Made by a program: the position numbers and the translations under genes. The notes beneath the pieces were generated by a model, which made no database searches, was not told the origin of the DNA, and worked only from the letters and a program-made list of their open reading frames with translations. A DNA stretch of 64,000 nucleotides from Myxococcota bacterium (lineage in GTDB: Bacteria; Myxococcota; Kuafuiibacteriia; Kuafuiibacteriales; Kuafuiibacteriaceae): assembly GCA_028289325.1 (NCBI GenBank), contig JANQQN010000190.1, forward strand, positions 2,275 through 66,274, written 5' to 3'. Positions 38,743-48,253 of this stretch are shown here, piece by piece. Every line of letters starts with the position of its first letter. The first letter of the stretch is position 1.

Positions 38743-40075
38743 CGAGGCTCTCCCGTGATAGATAGGTGGATACAATCTGGAAGTAGTTGAGCTGAGCGTT
38801 GAGGTAGGCTGCTTCTGCGACTCTTTGCTCTTCGCGGGCGTTCAGGTACTGCTCGAGCCCAATGATGCCTTGCTCATACTTCTGCAGGGCGAGTTTGGTG
38901 TTTGCCTGCGCGAGGTCATGGCTGTTTCGAGTCGTTTTTACTTGTTTTCGGTAGATTTCCCGACGCCTTACAAGGCTCTTGTCGACGGCGCGGGATTCGT
39001 CTTTGCGGCGCTGCCAGGCCAATTCGGCTTGCGCACGCGATGCCTCTGCTGCCTTGATTTCATTCCAGCGACCGAGGCCGGTAAAGAGTGGGAGATTTAG
39101 GTTCAGGGTGATGTACTGGATTCCCGACCAATCTCCATCGCCAAAAGATAGACCGAAATCGTCGCGCAGTTGCTGGCCGCCTAGATATGCATCGACGGTG
39201 AGCTTTGGCAGCCAGCGAGACCGCTGCTCCATGGCCTGAAAGCGAGTCTGAGCGGCGAACGTCTCATCCACCTTTATTGCCAGGTCGGGGCCGAGGGTGT
39301 CGCCGACGAGCATCGCGTCGCGGTGAAGTACTTTGTCGGTGAGGATGAGGGATGCTTCGGGAGGAAGCCCCAATAGAATCTTCAGATTGGTGAGGGTTTG
39401 ATCCAGGATACCGAGGTAGTTTGCGACGTCTTGGTGTACGGCGTTCTTGTTGATTCGTGTCCGATTGACGGCGATTTGGTCGACAACGCCCTGGGTCATG
39501 CGCGATTCGACGATATGGATCAGTGTTTCTGCCTCTCGCTCGCTCGCCTGCTGACCGCGCAGCAGCTCCTTAGTAGCCAGTGCGGTGTAATAGTTGAGCG
39601 CTACTTCCTCTCGCAGTCGTTGAGCAAACGCACTGGCGCTAGCGGTGGCCCCCCGAGACACGTACTTGGCGGCTTTCGCCGCGAAGTGGGTCTGTACGTC
39701 TAGGAGAGTCGTCGACAGACTGAGACCTGCCTGGTAGTTGTAGGTCCGGCCGAACTGCGCATTGATGGTTTGGCCCGGTTGTCCGAACAGTTCGCCGGGC
39801 ACCGGCGTCACCGGAAGCTCGTTATTCATCTTGAGAGACCCGGAGGCGTAGATGTCGGGTAGCCAGTGATATCGTATCGCTGCGTATTTTCGGCGCGCTT
39901 GCTCGTCTCGCAGGCTGTATTCGCGGAGCTCCGGATTGTGCTCCTGCGCGTAGTCGATCGCCTGTTCGACGGACGATAGCGTAAGGGGCTCGGCCTGCCC
40001 CCAGGCTGCCGGGGCAGGGAGTGAAGACACGGCGCCGGCAACCGAGAGTCGGATCGCGTAAATCGCGTATCTCAT
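38726..40075 (-). CDS. TolC-family outer-membrane efflux protein
   Basis: Start set to ATG 40075 (MRYAIYAIRLSVAGAVSS...), giving a signal peptide. Two TolC-type repeats. The ORF-track extension to 40537 is ignored. Confidence 0.8.
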   Translation of the reverse strand: MRYAIYAIRLSVAGAVSSLPAPAAWGQAEPLTLSSVEQAIDYAQEHNPELREYSLRDEQARRKYAAIRYHWLPDIYASGSLKMNNELPVTPVPGELFGQPGQTINAQFGRTYNYQAGLSLSTTLLDVQTHFAAKAAKYVSRGATASASAFAQRLREEVALNYYTALATKELLRGQQASEREAETLIHIVESRMTQGVVDQIAVNRTRINKNAVHQDVANYLGILDQTLTNLKILLGLPPEASLILTDKVLHRDAMLVGDTLGPDLAIKVDETFAAQTRFQAMEQRSRWLPKLTVDAYLGGQQLRDDFGLSFGDGDWSGIQYITLNLNLPLFTGLGRWNEIKAAEASRAQAELAWQRRKDESRAVDKSLVRRREIYRKQVKTTRNSHDLAQANTKLALQKYEQGIIGLEQYLNAREEQRVAEAAYLNAQLNYFQIVSTYLSRESLDEVEN

Positions 40076-40319
40076 CGCTGCCCTGTTATGCGGGGGAAAT
40101 GTTGCGGAGGTGTTGACCGTCCATTCGGCGAAGGAGGCGTCAGGATTAAGGGGGGCCAGGGAAGCGAATGCCGTGAGCTGTCGTCTGAAGCGGCCCCTAT
40201 TTGGCCGCCGTGCGCGGCGGCGACCGACCACGGCTAGTCTGCGGCACGTTCCGGTCCTCAACATCTCGTCAATATCGCTAGGGGACATCGCAGTCTGGAA
40301 GGAACCAAGAAGAACTGTG

Positions 40320-41381
40320 ATGACAGACGTTACTCGACTCTTCTGCGCGTCAGCGCATGCGCGACGGGCAACCGCACCCATTCTCGGCGCTCGAAACTCC
40401 TTGAATCCGGTGTCGCTCTGCATATTTTTAGTGGCGATCGGTCTACTCGCGTCGCATCGCTGCGCCCGAGCGCAGTCTCTCGCGACCGTGTCGGGGAGCT
40501 GGATCCCCACCTCGGACCTGAGAGTCTCGCCCGACATCCCCGAGTTGGAACCTCAGGACGACGTCGGCGTTCAGGTCTCGATCTTCCGGGCCGGCGTCAA
40601 CGTCCCGCTTCGGATAACGCAACGAGTGCGGCTGATACCCGGTCTGAGCTACCAGCTGCTGTCCATCAACCAAGTCGGCGACTCGGAAGACCAGGCGCTT
40701 CACGACGTCTCCGCGTCAGTGCTGCTCTATTTTCAGGCCACCGAGACGTGGAGCTTTTCGCTGCAGGCCGCGTCCACCTTGGCCGGCGACTTTGCGGAGG
40801 TTGGTACTGATCATCTTCGCTTCGGTGGATCTGCGCTCGCTTCATACACCTTCTCCCCTCGCTTCGTTTTGGGCGCCGGAATCCTCGTAGGCTGGCAGTT
40901 TGGAAGACCGCTGCCGCTGCCTGCCGTTCGCCTGCAGTGGCAGATCTCGTACGATGTTCGTCTCCGAGCCCTCTTGCCCTCCGAAGCCGAGCTCATCTGG
41001 CGCCTCCACGATCGCGTTGAGCTCAGCTTATGGGCCGGCATCCGTGGTCAGACCTACGCCCTCACATCCGAGCGCACGCAGGGGCGGTGGCCGTGTGCGG
41101 CGCAGTCGGCTGACGACATCAATACCGAGGCCGTGGACGAACGCGAGGCACGGCCGCAAAGCTGTGTCACCAAGCTCTCGTACTCGCAAGGGGAAGTCGG
41201 CCCGAAAGTGAGTGTTCGGCTAACCTCCTCGTTGTGGTTGTCGGTGCAGGGTACCTTCGCGTTCTTCCGACGTTACGAGCCGCTGAACGACATGAACGAG
41301 GTCCCCGAAGTCGGGGTGTTGAACCTGGACCGCAACGTCGCTGTCCAGGCTGCACTCACGCTCCGCATCCCGAAGACCTGA
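40320..41381 (+). CDS. putative outer-membrane beta-barrel protein
   Basis: Start set to ATG 40320. Signal-like segment and alternating beta pattern. No family assigned. Confidence 0.4.
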   Translation: MTDVTRLFCASAHARRATAPILGARNSLNPVSLCIFLVAIGLLASHRCARAQSLATVSGSWIPTSDLRVSPDIPELEPQDDVGVQVSIFRAGVNVPLRITQRVRLIPGLSYQLLSINQVGDSEDQALHDVSASVLLYFQATETWSFSLQAASTLAGDFAEVGTDHLRFGGSALASYTFSPRFVLGAGILVGWQFGRPLPLPAVRLQWQISYDVRLRALLPSEAELIWRLHDRVELSLWAGIRGQTYALTSERTQGRWPCAAQSADDINTEAVDEREARPQSCVTKLSYSQGEVGPKVSVRLTSSLWLSVQGTFAFFRRYEPLNDMNEVPEVGVLNLDRNVAVQAALTLRIPKT

Positions 41382-41604
41382 GGGTGGACCGCCGTATCGA
41401 CATGCCCAGCGTCAGCGGCCAAGGCTCCGATGCGGCCCGCGCGTGCGAAATCCGTGCTGCGAGACGATCGATGTACGCTAGACCTCGGACATTCGCTGGC
41501 CCGAGGGGCTCGGCCAGGCTGGCGCGTCAACACCTCCTCAACACGCCCCGCAGACCATCTCCGCAACTGAGGGATCCGTGGGGTCCCGCAATTGGAGGCA
41601 TGTG

Positions 41605-42972
41605 ATGACGAAACCCCTTCTACTCTCGAAGCTGACGTTCACCTACTCGCTCCTTTTGATCGCGGCGTTCTGGACCGCGTGCACCGATTCGAGCTCGGCC
41701 CCCTCGGATGATGTCGATGCGGGGGTCGACGTCTCCGCGGAGGACGCCATCGGAGGGGGCGATGCGCCGGCCCCTCCGGCGATCGAGCTGACACCCAAGC
41801 TGTGTGACGATCCAAGCAACCTGCAGGCGGTCCTCGGATCGCTCGGCGCCGACGGCTCGACCGACGACGGGGGCGGCCTGGGCTTTGACGAGGATGAGCT
41901 GCAGAAGCTCATCGCGAACCCCACCGAGCGCTTCTATATGGTCAACCTCATCAAGTACCGCGAGCGAGCCGAATACGCGGACGGGCGCGAGACGGACCTC
42001 ACCGGCCGGGAAGCGAACGCCCTTTATGACCCGCTTCCCTTCATTCTGGCGATGGGCGGACGCATCGTCTACAACTCGGCCGTCGACCAACAGATCGATG
42101 GAGGCGACGACGTGGTCTGGGAAGACGTCGCCGTCGTGGAGTATCCCTGTCCGATCGGCTTCCTCGCCATGGTCACCAGCCCCGAGTTCGAGGAGACCCG
42201 GATCCACAAAGACGCGGGCGTCGAGACTACGCGCGTCATGTTCACGGCGCTGCAGCCGCTTCTGGCGCCCACGGATCCGGACCAGTCCGAGGCGGCATTC
42301 CCACCGACGGCCGAGGACCCGGCATTCGATCTCATCCACGTCATGGACTTCCACGACATCGCCCAGTACGAGCCGGACGCCAACGAGCCAGAGCGGACGG
42401 GTCAGGAAGCGTGGAACCTGTACCAATCCATCGGCAGCGGCGTGTCCACCGAGCTCGGGCACTACCCCACGGCCTCTTTTAAGGTGACCGGCACGTTGGT
42501 CGGTGAGAACAAAGGCTGGGACGAGATCCAGATTATCCACATGTCGAGCCAAGCCGGCTTCCAGGCGCTGCTCGACAACGAGACCCAGCAGGAGGGTCGC
42601 TACCATCGCTACGCTGCGTTGGCGGACAACGACTCAATGATCCTGTACCCGCAGATCTCGGCCATCCCGTACGTCGACGACGGCGGCGGGGGCCCGACGC
42701 TGCCCGAGGTGACTCCGAACGGGACCGGCACGGTCTGTCAGGAGGACGGCGACTGTCCGGATGCCAGCTTCATCTGCCTGTCGGACAGGGGCGCGGGGGG
42801 CTTCTGCACGCCCCAGGGCTGCGAGGCAGGGACCTGTGAGGGTTCGTACCTTTGCTGCCACGACTGCAACCCGGCGATGGTGAACCAGCTGCCGTTCGAG
42901 GGATCGGCGTGCTTCCCGGATGGGCTCACCCCCGCTCTGACCAACGCCCCGGCGTTTTGCACTTGCGACTGA
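41605..42972 (+). CDS. lipoprotein with two DUF1330-like domains and a Cys-rich C-terminal module
   Basis: GGAGG lies 6 nt before ATG 41605. Lipobox FWTAC. Two blocks resemble DUF1330 (FYMVNLIKYRE...WEDVAVVEYP; LIHVMDFHD...WDEIQIIHMSS). Eleven Cys in the last ~85 aa. Confidence 0.55.
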   Translation: MTKPLLLSKLTFTYSLLLIAAFWTACTDSSSAPSDDVDAGVDVSAEDAIGGGDAPAPPAIELTPKLCDDPSNLQAVLGSLGADGSTDDGGGLGFDEDELQKLIANPTERFYMVNLIKYRERAEYADGRETDLTGREANALYDPLPFILAMGGRIVYNSAVDQQIDGGDDVVWEDVAVVEYPCPIGFLAMVTSPEFEETRIHKDAGVETTRVMFTALQPLLAPTDPDQSEAAFPPTAEDPAFDLIHVMDFHDIAQYEPDANEPERTGQEAWNLYQSIGSGVSTELGHYPTASFKVTGTLVGENKGWDEIQIIHMSSQAGFQALLDNETQQEGRYHRYAALADNDSMILYPQISAIPYVDDGGGGPTLPEVTPNGTGTVCQEDGDCPDASFICLSDRGAGGFCTPQGCEAGTCEGSYLCCHDCNPAMVNQLPFEGSACFPDGLTPALTNAPAFCTCD

Positions 42973-43238
42973 TGAGCTGAGCGTACTTCGAAGAGTGGAA
43001 GGTCTGCTTCGCAGCGAATCGCTGCTGATGGGCTGCGACCTCAAATTCGATCGGACGGCGTCGTCGAGGCATGGGCCTGTCGCACTTGTCGATGCATACG
43101 CGCCCATGCGCGATCGGTGGGTGGCGGACGCATGGGAATCACCCGCCGAGAATTCGTCGCGGAACCGATCGTCATCAAGCCGTCACGACGACCCTTGCCC
43201 CTGCTTTGCCGGTACGCTAATCCCACGGAACCTCAAAA

Positions 43239-43355
<117 letters not shown>

Positions 43356-43494
43356 TCGGAATCGCACGGGATCGTCCACTCGACTTCGCTTCGCTTCGCC
43401 GCCGTTGTCGGCTTGGCTTTGCTTCGTCTTGTCCGTGGCTCCGAATGACCGTCGTGCGGTTGCCGAGAACCCCGGAAGGTAGATAATGGACTCG

Positions 43495-43830
43495 ATGCAC
43501 GAACACAGCTCGTCGCCGATTTTGCCCTAGCTCTTGCGGTCGCGGGCGTTACCGGAGTCGTTGCCCGGCGGTTTCGTCAGTCGACGATCCTGGCGTCCCC
43601 CGTTGCGGGTTTCGTCGTTGCTTTGATTGGCGACGCCCGAGGTCTCGAGCCAGTGCTTAGATCTGACGCAGAACGTATCGCGCGCGAGTTAGAGCGCGGC
43701 AGGGCGGTCCCGGGCTGTTCGCTAGACCCCCAAGCCGTGTCGGCGACAACACCGGCGTCGCCTTCCGTCACGCGCCGCTATGCACATTTCCGGGCTTCGA
43801 GGCGTACGCCGCGGCAGGTTCCCGCCGATC
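43495..43830 (+). pseudogene. remnant of CPA2 cation/proton antiporter (paralogue of 50576..52708)
   Basis: The first ~110 nt match 50576-50690 but carry a 1-nt indel and an in-frame TAG. They are joined directly to ~230 nt matching 52235-52460. Confidence 0.75.
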
Positions 43831-43928
43831 TCGCCGGTCCCGCCGCCTACGACGCCGCCCGAGCCTCTGGTCATCGAGCCCCCTGCTCAACCGACAACAT
43901 CTCCCGATAAGCACGGAGAGACCCTTTC

Positions 43929-45251
43929 GTGTTCCCGACGCATCATGGCCCAATACGACCGATGATCGAAGCACCTGATCTCCAAGTCCGTTCGCTGGGC
44001 GAGTGTCGATACGAGTCTCCCTATCGGAGCGATACGGGGCAGCGCTTCATTTCGGATGCTCAGAGGGTTCGACTCGAAGACGAAGTCGGACCGGACGTAA
44101 CGGGCTCGCAGGACGCATTGCTGGAGAAGGCCGGGCCGCGCGCCCGCATCTTCTTCGAGCCTGCTCGCACGACGGCGGCGATAGTCACCTGCGGGGGGCT
44201 TTCTCCCGGCCTCAACAACGTGATTCGCTCCATCGTGTTGGAGCTTAGAGAGAACTACGGCGTTGGCCGCGTTGTCGGCGTGCGCGATGGCTTTCGAGGG
44301 CTGAACCCCGACCAAGGCCGTCCTCTTCTGGAGCTGGACGACTCTGTGGTCAAGACCATCCATCACCTGGGGGGAACGATTCTCGGGAGCTCCCGCGGCA
44401 GTCAGGATGTCTCGGTCATGGCTGACTTCATCCAAGACGCCGATATCGACGTCCTGTTTTGTGTCGGTGGTGACGGTACGCAGCGCGGGGCCTGCGCGCT
44501 CAGTCAGGCGGTGCATGCCCGAGGTCGAGATACGGCCATCGTCGGCATACCCAAGACGATCGACAACGATATCCCCTACGTCTGGATGAGCTTCGGTTAC
44601 GCAACGGCCGTAGAGATCGCGCGACAAGTAGTGAGTGCCGCGTTCGTTGAAGCGGCCGGTGCCCCGAACGGTGTTGGTCTCGTCAAGTTGATGGGTCGCG
44701 ATGCAGGATTCATCGCCGCCGGCGCGGCCCTCGCGAGTCAGGATGCCGACTTTGTTTTGGTCCCCGAGACGCCGTTCCCTCTCGACGGAACCGACGGTCT
44801 GCTGGCGGAGGTCGAGCGTCGCGTTCAATCCCGTGGTCAAGCGGTGATCGTCGTTGCCGAAGGCGCCGGACAGCACCATTTCACTGAGGAGGCGACGACG
44901 ACGGATGCGTCCGGCAACTTGCGGCACCGGGACATTGGCGTGTTCCTCCGCCAGCGAATAGAAGCTCACTTCGCCGCCCGGGGCATGGAGCTCAACCTCA
45001 AGTACATCGATCCGAGCTACCTGATTCGCGGCGCGGCGGCCAACTCTTGGGATCGCATTCTCAGCGATCGAATGGCTCGAATGGCCGTTCATGCGGCAAT
45101 GGCGGGGAAGACCGAGGTCTTGATCGGCTACCACCACGAGACCTTCGTCCACGTTCCTATCTCCACTGCGGTCGCAAGCCGTCGTCGCATGAACCTTCAG
45201 AGCGACACGTGGTCCGCGGTGCTGGCCTGCACCCGGCAGCCGCGGTGGTGA
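43929..45251 (+). CDS. pfk: ATP-dependent 6-phosphofructokinase (long-form PfkA family)
   Basis: Motifs TCGGLSPGLNNVIR, GGDGT, PKTIDNDI and MGRDAG. GGDGT rather than GGDD suggests an ATP-type enzyme. ATG 43962 is an alternative start. Confidence 0.85.
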   Translation: MFPTHHGPIRPMIEAPDLQVRSLGECRYESPYRSDTGQRFISDAQRVRLEDEVGPDVTGSQDALLEKAGPRARIFFEPARTTAAIVTCGGLSPGLNNVIRSIVLELRENYGVGRVVGVRDGFRGLNPDQGRPLLELDDSVVKTIHHLGGTILGSSRGSQDVSVMADFIQDADIDVLFCVGGDGTQRGACALSQAVHARGRDTAIVGIPKTIDNDIPYVWMSFGYATAVEIARQVVSAAFVEAAGAPNGVGLVKLMGRDAGFIAAGAALASQDADFVLVPETPFPLDGTDGLLAEVERRVQSRGQAVIVVAEGAGQHHFTEEATTTDASGNLRHRDIGVFLRQRIEAHFAARGMELNLKYIDPSYLIRGAAANSWDRILSDRMARMAVHAAMAGKTEVLIGYHHETFVHVPISTAVASRRRMNLQSDTWSAVLACTRQPRW

Positions 45252-45326
45252 CGTTCTCCTCCGAACGATCTGCGTGCGATCCACAGACCGGAAGATGGCC
45301 GACGTTCGGCGTGAGCTCTCGCGATA

Positions 45327-45450
45327 GTTGCTTAGGCGTCTTCGCCGTCTTGAACCTCCGGCAGCCTTTGCGACGCACGTATAGTTGAACTGTGACCGAA
45401 GCGACCGGACCGCCTGCTTCGATGCACGCGGATACTTCAGCTTAGCCCGG
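45327..45450 (-). pseudogene. 3'-terminal remnant of CNNM/TlyC-type gene (paralogue of 59625..60881)
   Basis: About 75 nt are roughly 80% identical by eye to 59621-59695. The VQLY codons are conserved but the frame is broken. Confidence 0.6.
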
Positions 45451-45462
45451 ATGTGGTGCACC

Positions 45463-46527
45463 CTATGCACGAGCCATGGCGACGCCGGCTTCTGCCGTCG
45501 GCGCGTAGCCATCCGCACCCAGCAGTTGCCCAAGCTCGGGCGCGAACTCGAAAGCTTGTCCACCAACTAGAATTCGGCATCGCGAGCCGTCGGGTTGCTG
45601 ACGAATGCGCTCTAGCAGATCACGTGTTTGCAAGAGATTGAAGGGCATTGTTACGGAGATCACCAAGAGATCTGGCGACGTCTCGCGAAAGAAGCTGAGT
45701 AGGTCTTCCGTCGGTACATCACAGCCGAGTTGGCGGACTTGCCATCCGTCGGCCGCGAGCGCATCGGCGAGCATTGTTACCCCCAGTCCGTGATGTTCAT
45801 TTGGCCCCGTGGTGGCGATCGCGAGGCCCCGCGTCTGCTTCTGTTCTAGTATCAAGCGATACCAGTATGTTAATGCGCGCTGTGCTACGCTCGTCGCAAG
45901 GTGCTCGCGAGCGACCGAGAGGGTACCATATTCCCAACGCCGTCCGACCTCGTGCAGGGCAGGCCCGAGGGCACGGAAGTAGAAATCGAGTAGCGCATAC
46001 ACCGAGCCGATCTGGCCGTCTGCCATTCGAAGGACAACTTCGACGTCGCCGTGCACCATGCGGTCTACCAGGTCATCGAATCGCGGCTTCCAATCCTCGG
46101 CGATGCGCATTGGCGGAGGCACCCAAGCGCGAGCTTGAGCGAGATGCGCTTCGTGCTGAGACTCGAACCAGTCGTAGGCTTCGGCCAGCTCGGTCGAGAG
46201 CTGGAGCGGAAGACACTGGGCAAGCGCGAGTTTCCACGCCGCAAACTCAGCGAGGAAGTATCGCTCGCTAAATCCACGGGCCAGGTAGGTGCGGTAGACC
46301 CAGGGCACTACGCCGTCCAGGATTGACCAGGCACCGAAGCGGAAGACAGTGGTCATCGTTCTGTGATGATGTAGATGATTCATCTCCATCGTCGTGATCG
46401 CATTCGGACCGATCAGCGCCCTTCGGTCGGGATGTGATTGTAGACGCAGATTGACCTCTGCGACGAGTCGGCCGCCGTTGACCGCGTAGGCGTCTACCGC
46501 GGCGCTCGAGACCTTGACCTTCATCAT
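45463..46527 (-). CDS. cobalamin-binding protein with CarH-like light-sensing signature and unknown N-terminal domain
   Basis: 354 aa. W198-x9-E208-H209 (nt 45901-45936) and E244-x-H246-x-x-G249 (nt 45781-45798), followed by a Rossmann-like B12-binding domain. No MerR/HTH domain. Confidence 0.75.
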   Translation of the reverse strand: MMKVKVSSAAVDAYAVNGGRLVAEVNLRLQSHPDRRALIGPNAITTMEMNHLHHHRTMTTVFRFGAWSILDGVVPWVYRTYLARGFSERYFLAEFAAWKLALAQCLPLQLSTELAEAYDWFESQHEAHLAQARAWVPPPMRIAEDWKPRFDDLVDRMVHGDVEVVLRMADGQIGSVYALLDFYFRALGPALHEVGRRWEYGTLSVAREHLATSVAQRALTYWYRLILEQKQTRGLAIATTGPNEHHGLGVTMLADALAADGWQVRQLGCDVPTEDLLSFFRETSPDLLVISVTMPFNLLQTRDLLERIRQQPDGSRCRILVGGQAFEFAPELGQLLGADGYAPTAEAGVAMARA

Positions 46528-46998
46528 GAGGGGCGAAGATACAAGCCGCGACCTGATCTGGCTACTAAAGTGCAGGCGAATCGAACCCGTCGTATGCCCG
46601 GTATGCGCCGACTCTCAACGCAAGTATTCAGTGGATTGAGGGGACGAACCGTATCCGTTCGGCGTGTGGCGACGAAGCTCAATGAGTATTCAAGGCCAGT
46701 GCGGCGTCGAACACCTCATCATGGCTGCCACCGCGCTCACCGAGATGCGCACCCGGTCCGCCGTAGCCAGCGACCTCGCGGTGGTCATGGCCGGTAAAGA
46801 TCCACAACTGGGTAGGTTGGATGCACGGCATCTTGGAGGAGGTCGACCGCGCGTTGAGCCTCGCATTGGGGTCGAACCGCAATGCTCCCCTGATTATCGG
46901 AGGCTTTGGCGGATGCGCCGGCATCATCGACCCCATCAGCCCAGACGTAGACGTAGTCGCGGTCAGCCAGTGAGCGGCGTCCGAAGGCCTCGTAACCG

Positions 46999-47349
46999 GT
47001 GCAACTTCTGGTCATATCTCCTGGTCGGACCATTACAGATACTCAATGGAGCGATATCGTCTTGGCCCTTCACGAGGACGGGTGCCGCTTCTTGATCGAT
47101 GCGGGCTTCAGTCCCGATGAGGCGTGGCTGGCCATTCGGCTGGTCGCGGAGTTCGTCGAGGGTTTCGCGGCCAGAGCGCGTTACCGAGCTTCGGGGCCGG
47201 TCGGCGTGCAGGGGCTCGATGATGTAGCTTTTCCGGAGGATTACCCAAGTCTCATGCGTGCGCGGCGGACGCTCGGTACCTCAGACTCGGACCACTACTT
47301 CTCGTTTGGCCTGGACTGCATCTTGCGCGGCTTGCCCTGCGGCCGGTGA
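46999..47349 (+). pseudogene. TetR-family regulator, C-terminal ligand-domain fragment only
   Basis: 116-aa ORF ending ...SDHYFSFGLDCILRGL, like TetR_C domains. No N-terminal HTH is present upstream. Confidence 0.4.
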
Positions 47350-47856
47350 GTCGTCGCCCTCGCCGTCTGAGCCCACCTCCTCCAAGCTCCCTGGTACCCA
47401 GGTCTCAGATCGCCTGGCGGTGAATTACGCGAAGCGGCCCGGACACCCTCCAGAGTGACGTCGATGCGCGTCGCCTCGCGGGCGTGAAGACGGCGTCAGC
47501 GAAGTCGAGCAGGAAGGTCTCGACAGCGCCGGATCCTCGTCACAGGGCAGCGGCATCCGAGCAGGTCGGCTGGTGAGCCCCTTCAGGGCGCGATCGACGT
47601 CACTGATCTTGTCCGTGCTCTGGCGACTGGCCGGCATCAGATGAGCGTCCAGCGCAACATCGCCTACGCTCACAGTTCGCTGCGGCCCGATTGACCTGAC
47701 CACGAGTTGCGCCACGGCCTGGCGAAACCGTTTGAGGCTTTTGCAATTCGAGCTGCATACGCTACTTCGAGCTGGCTCGAAGGCAGACCGGCGACGTCAA
47801 CGAGTCGAAACGCCGACGCGTTGCGCCCTCGATAGCCATCGATGCGGGCACTAGAA

Positions 47857-48253
47857 CTACTTGATCGCATCCGACAGCGCGGAATTGATGGTGCGCGAGG
47901 TGAGACCTCGCGGCGGCACGTAGGGCAGTGTCCAGTCATGGTCAGTAGTACGCGCTGCGTGAGCCCCACCGGTTCGGGTGACGCGTCTTGGCCGTCTCGT
48001 AGACCTCCTGGCGGGCTCCAGAACCGCGACGTCGCGACCCCCGTGCCGATCGAGGGGCTGCACGAACTTGATATCGCTGTGTCGGTGCTCCCGGTCGTAC
48101 CAGCGCACGGACTCGGCGATCCAGGAGCGCCACCTCGCTCATGCGCGTGGCTATGCCGGCGAATTTTCTGCGCCGGACCGCCCCAGACGTAGCGCGGGAT
48201 ATACATGCGAGCGACGATCTTTTCGGCGGCTGCTGTGCGCCGACCACGGGCAC
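47857..48253 (-). mobile_element. decayed DDE transposase/integrase (rve-type) C-terminal remnant
   Basis: The pieces WYDREHRHSDI and EVYETAKTRHPNRW lie in different frames. Together they match the WYN.EHRHSGI...Y..A...HPERF tail of IS3/IS481-like transposases. At least two frameshifts. Confidence 0.45.

Larger units (their letters stand above)
43445..45450 (+). repeat. Copy A: collapsed ~2 kb paralogue of segment 50530-59790
   Basis: Nucleotide-level similarity, read by eye, to five separated pieces of copy B in the same order and orientation. Boundaries are accurate to about 30 nt. Confidence 0.8.

Noticed and set aside
43195-43221. A candidate sigma-70-like promoter for selC (TTGCCC-N15-GCTAAT).
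   Set aside because: The spacer is short, both hexamers match the consensus poorly, and promoter consensus in this lineage is uncertain.
46767-46973. A plus-strand GC3-rich frame ending ...NAPLIIGGFGGCAGIIDPISPDVDVVAVSQ*, considered as a fragment of a LOG/SLOG-like nucleotide-binding protein.
   Set aside because: The minus-strand frame 46679..46936 shares the same third positions and is equally open. There is no start codon and no diagnostic motif, so it is reported only as ambiguous debris.
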